64,000 nt of DNA from NCBI GenBank assembly GCA_040755995.1, contig JBFMAF010000034.1, forward strand, positions 1-64,000, in the 5' to 3' direction. The notes beneath the pieces were generated by a model that worked only from the letters and a program-made list of their open reading frames with translations, ran no database searches and was not told the DNA's origin. The stretch's first letter is position 1. Every line of letters begins with the position of its first letter. The stretch comes from Acidobacteriota bacterium. Lineage in GTDB: Bacteria; Acidobacteriota; CAIWXX01. The translations under genes and the position numbers were made by a program. Of the stretch, positions 59,685 to 64,000 are shown piece by piece.

Positions 59685-59801
59685 TCCCATTCCGCCGGAA
59701 TCGCACCGTGCCCGTCCGGCCTCGCGTGTATCTGCTTGATTTCTATCGACAATCTATGGGATCGCGGACTGGTACGGCCGTTGTCACCGACTTCAGTCCT
59801 C

Positions 59802-59817
59802 AGGCACAACTCTTGCT
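59802..59817 (+). promoter_or_regulatory. sigma54 promoter of the aprBA operon
   Basis: AGGCACAACTCTTGCT (GG-N10-GC). Confidence 0.72.
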
Positions 59818-60042
59818 AGCGTTCATGATGCGCCGATGGCGCGCGCGGTCGCGAGTCTGCGCATGTGGAAACCTTGGAAAGGGAGGTGGTGGGCGGAGAA
59901 AGAGACGAGATCGGAGAAACTCAAGAGGGTGTTCTCCCGGCGATCAGCACCGGTGAGAGCAGGAGTCAAACGCATTCTTTCTTAAGAAAGGGGCAAAGCG
60001 GTAACGGCGGCCAGGCCGCTTATCGCTGCGAGGAGGTAATTC

Positions 60043-60480
60043 ATGCCAAGTTACGTCAACCCGGACAAGTGTGATGGCTGCAAGGCGCTGGACAAGACCG
60101 CCTGCCAGTACATTTGCCCGAACGACCTCATGGTTTTGAACAAGGACACCATGAAGGCGTACAACCGGGAACCCGAGATGTGCTGGGAGTGCTACAACTG
60201 CGTGAAGATCTGCCCGACGCAGGCAGTCGCAGTTCGCGGCTACGCGGACTTCGTGCCGATGGGCGCGGACGTAGTGCCGTTGCGCTCTACTGACAACATA
60301 ATGTGGACGGTGAAGTTCCGCAACGGGAGCGTGAAGCGCTTCAAGTTCCCGATCCGGACCACTACAGAGGGTCAGGCAGTTCCATCCGGCGGCTGGGAAA
60401 CCGCGCCATCTATCGATGGCCCAACACTGTCCAGCGAACCCGAATCCCTTGGCCTGCCCGAAGTGTGGACCAAGAAGTAG
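60043..60480 (+). CDS. aprB: Adenylylsulfate reductase beta subunit
   Basis: MPSYVNPDKCDGCK...CQYICP...CWECYNCVKICP...RFKFPIRTT. Confidence 0.97.
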   Translation: MPSYVNPDKCDGCKALDKTACQYICPNDLMVLNKDTMKAYNREPEMCWECYNCVKICPTQAVAVRGYADFVPMGADVVPLRSTDNIMWTVKFRNGSVKRFKFPIRTTTEGQAVPSGGWETAPSIDGPTLSSEPESLGLPEVWTKK

Positions 60481-60493
60481 GTAGGAGGCGCAC

Positions 60494-62380
60494 GTGGAAG
60501 ATTTTAAAACCATTGAAGTAGAAACTGACCTATTGATCCTGGGCGGCGGCATGGCGGCATGCGGAGCCGCAGTCGAAGCGGCCCACTGGGCGAAGCAGAA
60601 CGGCCTGAAGGTCACGTTGGTCGACAAGGCCGCGATGGATCGCTCGGGCGCCGTTGCGATGGGCCTTTCCGCCATCAACCAGTACGTGGGCCTCAGGGAC
60701 GGCCAGAACACGATCAAGGACTATGTCGACTACGTCCGGAACGACCTCATGGGCATCACTCGTGAGGATCTCGTAGCCAACATCGCCCGTCACGTCGACT
60801 CGACGGTGCACCTGTTCGAGAAGTGGGGCCTGCCGATCTGGAAAGACGAGAAAGGTGCGTACGTGCACGAGGGCCGTTGGCAGCTCATGATCAACGGCGA
60901 GTCGTACAAGGTCGTCGTGGCCGAGGCGGCCAAGAACGCGATCGGCAAAGAGAACGTCTACGAGCGCGTGTTCATCGTCGGCCCGATCATGGACGGCGAC
61001 AGGTGTGCCGGCGCTTACGGGTTCTCGGTCCGCGATAATACGTTCTACGTGTTCAAGGCCAAGGCCGTCATCGCGACTATGGGCGGCGCAGTGCACGTGT
61101 TCAAGCCTCGGTCCTCCGGTGAAGGCCAGGGCCGTGCTTGGTATCCGCCGTGGAACGCCGGCGCGTCTGCTTACTTCACGCTGGCTGCCGGCGCCGAGAT
61201 GACCTGCCAGGAAGTGCGCTTCATCCCGGTCCGGTTCAAGGATGCGTACGGCCCGGTGGGTGCGTGGTTCCTGCTGTTCAAGTCGCGCGCAACCAACGCG
61301 TTGGGCGAGAACTACATGGAAACGCGCAAGCCCGAGCTCGACAAGTGGAAGCCGTACGGCCTCGTGAAGCCGACCCCGGCGAACCTCCGCAACTACCTCG
61401 GCATGCTCGATGTGATGGAGGGCAAGGGCCCGATCTACATGAGAACCGAGGAGGCCATCCAGAAGATCGCCGCGACATCCGGTGACGAGAAGGCCGCGAA
61501 GAAGAAGCTGAAGGAGCTCGATTCCGAGGCGTGGGAGGACTTCCTCGACATGACGATCTCCCAGGCCATCCTTTGGGCAGCCACCAACGTGTCGCCGGAG
61601 GAGAAGCCGTCGGAGATCGCGGCCGCTGAGCCGTATTTCATCGGCTCGCACTCGGGCGCCAGCGGCGCGTGGGTGAGCGGTCCCGAGGACATCCAGAACG
61701 ACACGTCCAAGAAGGACTACTTCTGGGGCTACGACCACATGTCCACGGTGAAAGGTCTGTTCTGCGCGGGTGACGCTTCCGGCGCATCCTCGCACAAGTT
61801 CTCCTCCGGCTCGCACGCCGAAGGCAGAATCGTAGGCAAGGCGGCGATGCGGTACATCCTGAAAGAGAAGCCGGCGGCGCCCGCCGTCACGGCTGATATC
61901 GTCGCGAAGCTGAAGGAGCAGACCTACAAGCCGCTGAAGAACTACGAGGACAACGTCAAACTCACGACGCAGAACGACGTCAACCCCAACTACATCCGTC
62001 CAAAGATGTTCATGATGCGCTTGCAGAAGATGATGGACGAGTACGCGGGCGGCGTGACGGCTCAGTTCACCACGTCCGAATCCATGCTCAAGAGGGCGCT
62101 CGAGCTCCTGGCCTACCTGAAGGAAGACTCGGACAAGCTCGGTGCCGCGGACCTGCACGAGCTGCAGAGGGCCTGGGAGAACTACCATCGTATGTTCCAG
62201 GCCGAAGCGCACGTGCGATCGATTCTCTTCCGCGAAGAGACCCGTTGGCCCGGGTACTACTTCCGCTCAGACAAGCCGAAGATGGACCCGAACTGGGAGT
62301 GCTTCGTCAACTGCATCTACGACGCCAAGACCGGCGATTGGAAGATGTTGAAGCGACCCATTCACCACATCTTCACGTAG
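60494..62380 (+). CDS. aprA: Adenylylsulfate reductase alpha subunit
   Basis: GGGMAACG, DKAAMDRSGAVAMGLSAIN, WQLMINGESYK, HKFSSGSHAEGR, REETRWPG. Confidence 0.97.
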   Translation: MEDFKTIEVETDLLILGGGMAACGAAVEAAHWAKQNGLKVTLVDKAAMDRSGAVAMGLSAINQYVGLRDGQNTIKDYVDYVRNDLMGITREDLVANIARHVDSTVHLFEKWGLPIWKDEKGAYVHEGRWQLMINGESYKVVVAEAAKNAIGKENVYERVFIVGPIMDGDRCAGAYGFSVRDNTFYVFKAKAVIATMGGAVHVFKPRSSGEGQGRAWYPPWNAGASAYFTLAAGAEMTCQEVRFIPVRFKDAYGPVGAWFLLFKSRATNALGENYMETRKPELDKWKPYGLVKPTPANLRNYLGMLDVMEGKGPIYMRTEEAIQKIAATSGDEKAAKKKLKELDSEAWEDFLDMTISQAILWAATNVSPEEKPSEIAAAEPYFIGSHSGASGAWVSGPEDIQNDTSKKDYFWGYDHMSTVKGLFCAGDASGASSHKFSSGSHAEGRIVGKAAMRYILKEKPAAPAVTADIVAKLKEQTYKPLKNYEDNVKLTTQNDVNPNYIRPKMFMMRLQKMMDEYAGGVTAQFTTSESMLKRALELLAYLKEDSDKLGAADLHELQRAWENYHRMFQAEAHVRSILFREETRWPGYYFRSDKPKMDPNWECFVNCIYDAKTGDWKMLKRPIHHIFT

Positions 62381-62463
62381 GATCGACTGCGGGTGGTCGT
62401 CAGTAGCACTGATACACGCTCCGGGCGCAACTGCGCCCGGAGCGCGACCCCCACGAGGGAACT

Positions 62464-62790
62464 ATGGCTGAGACCAAGCACGACCTGAAGTGCCCCCACT
62501 GCGGCCAGATGCTGAGCCCGTTCGGGCTGCCCGAGAGCGGCGGTTGGGAGTTGCCATTTCAGTTGGCGTGTTTCAACGATGAGTGTTCTTATTACTCCCG
62601 GGGCTGGGGATGGATGTTCGAGCGGTTCGGGGTGAGGGCATCCTACCGCTACCGGGTGGATCCCGTTTCCGGACAGGCTTCCCCGCTTCCGGTGTGGTCC
62701 CCTACTGCACTGCGGGACCGAATTCTGGACGACGACACCCTCGAGAACATCCTTTCTACCCAGGACGTGATCCCTGAACAGAACTGCTAG
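62464..62790 (+). CDS. Small Cys-rich (zinc-finger-like) protein
   Basis: CPHC...CFNDEC.YY.RGW; RBS GAGGGA. Confidence 0.7.
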   Translation: MAETKHDLKCPHCGQMLSPFGLPESGGWELPFQLACFNDECSYYSRGWGWMFERFGVRASYRYRVDPVSGQASPLPVWSPTALRDRILDDDTLENILSTQDVIPEQNC

Positions 62791-62826
62791 CTCGGGCGCG
62801 TTCCGCGGGAACTGGTACATCTAGAC

Positions 62827-63633
62827 ATGAGCACACAAGCCGGCGCCCTGCCCGAGGCCCTGCGTAGCCAGAGGCAACTCGGCGCAGACGAGCGCTTCAC
62901 TTTCGCTTGCCATCCGGGTCTCCGTTGTTTCACGCGCTGCTGTGCGGACATCAACATCCTGCTGACGCCGCTCGACGTGCTGCGGCTCGCCCGGAGACGC
63001 GGGATGACGACCCGTGAGTTCCTTGACACCCATACTCTGACGCCGATAACGAAAGAGCTGCATCTACCCGTCGTCATGTTGCGCATGGGAGCCGACCCGG
63101 AGCGTCGCTGCCCATTTGTGCATCCGGAGACGGGTTGCACGGTCTACGATGAGCGGCCGTGGGCGTGCCGCATGTATCCGCTGGGCATGGCATTGCCTCC
63201 GGCGCGTGCCGGTGTAGAACCGCAGCCGCTTTACGTCATGTTCGAGGAGGACTTCTGCCTGGGACGTGGCGAGAAGCGGGAGTGGACGGTCAATCGATGG
63301 CGGAACGATCAAGGTATCGTGGCACACGACGAGATCGAGGCCGGGTTCCGCGAGATCGTCTCACACCCCTGGTTCATAGGCGGTCGGCAGCTGGACCCGA
63401 AGCGGATGGAGATGTACTTCACCGGCTGCTACGACCTCGACACTTTCCGGAGCTTCATCTTCGAGTCCACGTTTCTTCGTAGATTCGAGCTCGACGAAGC
63501 CCTGGTCGAGAAGCTCCGGACCGACGATATGGAACTATTCCGGTTTGCCTTTCGCTGGCTCCGCTACGCCCTCTTCGGCGAACCGACAATGAAGGTACGG
63601 CCTGATGCGCCGTCATCCCGGAGGAATAAATGA
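62827..63633 (+). CDS. YkgJ-family cysteine-cluster protein
   Basis: FACHPGLRCFTRCC, CPF, CTVYDERPWACRMYP. Confidence 0.85.
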   Translation: MSTQAGALPEALRSQRQLGADERFTFACHPGLRCFTRCCADINILLTPLDVLRLARRRGMTTREFLDTHTLTPITKELHLPVVMLRMGADPERRCPFVHPETGCTVYDERPWACRMYPLGMALPPARAGVEPQPLYVMFEEDFCLGRGEKREWTVNRWRNDQGIVAHDEIEAGFREIVSHPWFIGGRQLDPKRMEMYFTGCYDLDTFRSFIFESTFLRRFELDEALVEKLRTDDMELFRFAFRWLRYALFGEPTMKVRPDAPSSRRNK

Positions 63634-64000
63634 ACCCATCCAAACCGCTGCCCCTGCTCGTGCTCGGGGCAGGCATCGCCGGCATCACGGCAGCGCTGGA
63701 GGCCGCCGAGGCCGGCCGCGACGTGGTGCTGGTCGAGGCCGAGCCTGCCGTGGGCGGCCGCGTGCTTCGCAATCACCTCTACTTCCCGAAGCTCTGTCCC
63801 CCATCGTGCGGGATGGAGATCAACGTTCGCCGGCTCGAACGGAACCCACGCATCAGGGTCCTGGTCCGGACGAACGTCGGCAAGGCGACTTCGACTCCGG
63901 ACGGCTGGCTGGTGACGCTGAACCAGGCCCCCGCTTACATCAATGATCGCTGTACGATGTGCGGAGTCTGCAGCGAGGCATGCCCCGCCAAGGTCTCCGA
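63630..64000 (+). CDS. qmoA: QmoA (HdrA-like flavoprotein), truncated by the window end
   Basis: LVLGAGIAGITAALEAAEAG, GGRV...YFPKLCPPSCGMEIN, CTMCGVCSEACP; downstream of aprBA; ATGA overlap. Confidence 0.85.
   Translation, partial: MNPSKPLPLLVLGAGIAGITAALEAAEAGRDVVLVEAEPAVGGRVLRNHLYFPKLCPPSCGMEINVRRLERNPRIRVLVRTNVGKATSTPDGWLVTLNQAPAYINDRCTMCGVCSEACPAKVS

Noticed and set aside
58073..60042. Rex operator controlling dsr/apr
   Set aside because: No TTGTGAA-N4-TTCACAA-like site was seen.

Overview
High-GC bacterial chromosomal window. The L14/S12/S7 sequences and the gene content suggest an Acidobacteriota-like organism (inference). Layout: (1) 1-5 kb is a decayed accessory patch with an IS91-like remnant, a nonsense-split ABC permease under a sigma54 promoter, a TolB-like protein, and ankyrin and glycosyltransferase remnants. 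(2) 5-16 kb holds the str/S10/spc ribosomal genes (rpsL to rplF); tuf is missing and the cluster stops abruptly after rplF. (3) 16-50 kb holds housekeeping and signalling genes: purH, rsmE, TauE and YeiH transporters, SpoIIE phosphatases, HD-GYP, two PEP-dikinase-like proteins, an aminotransferase with a ligase-peptidase fusion, MocR, and an ECF sigma module. (4) 50-64 kb is a dissimilatory sulfur cluster: dsrL-dsrA-dsrB-dsrD-dsrN-dsrC-cysG divergent from a cytidylate-kinase-like gene and aprB-aprA-(Zn finger)-(YkgJ)-qmoA. The most notable signal is in the dsr/apr control region. It contains four GG-N10-GC sigma54 promoters, three copies of a palindrome TGTTACC-N4-GGTAACA, and a stand-alone Fis-type HTH gene, which together suggest a sigma54 enhancer-controlled sulfate-respiration regulon. 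Other candidates are a gamma-glutamyl-ligase/M20-peptidase operon and an ECF promoter motif linking the sigma factor to a large unknown secreted protein. No rRNA, tRNA or CRISPR array was seen. All calls are by motif recognition, without database searches.
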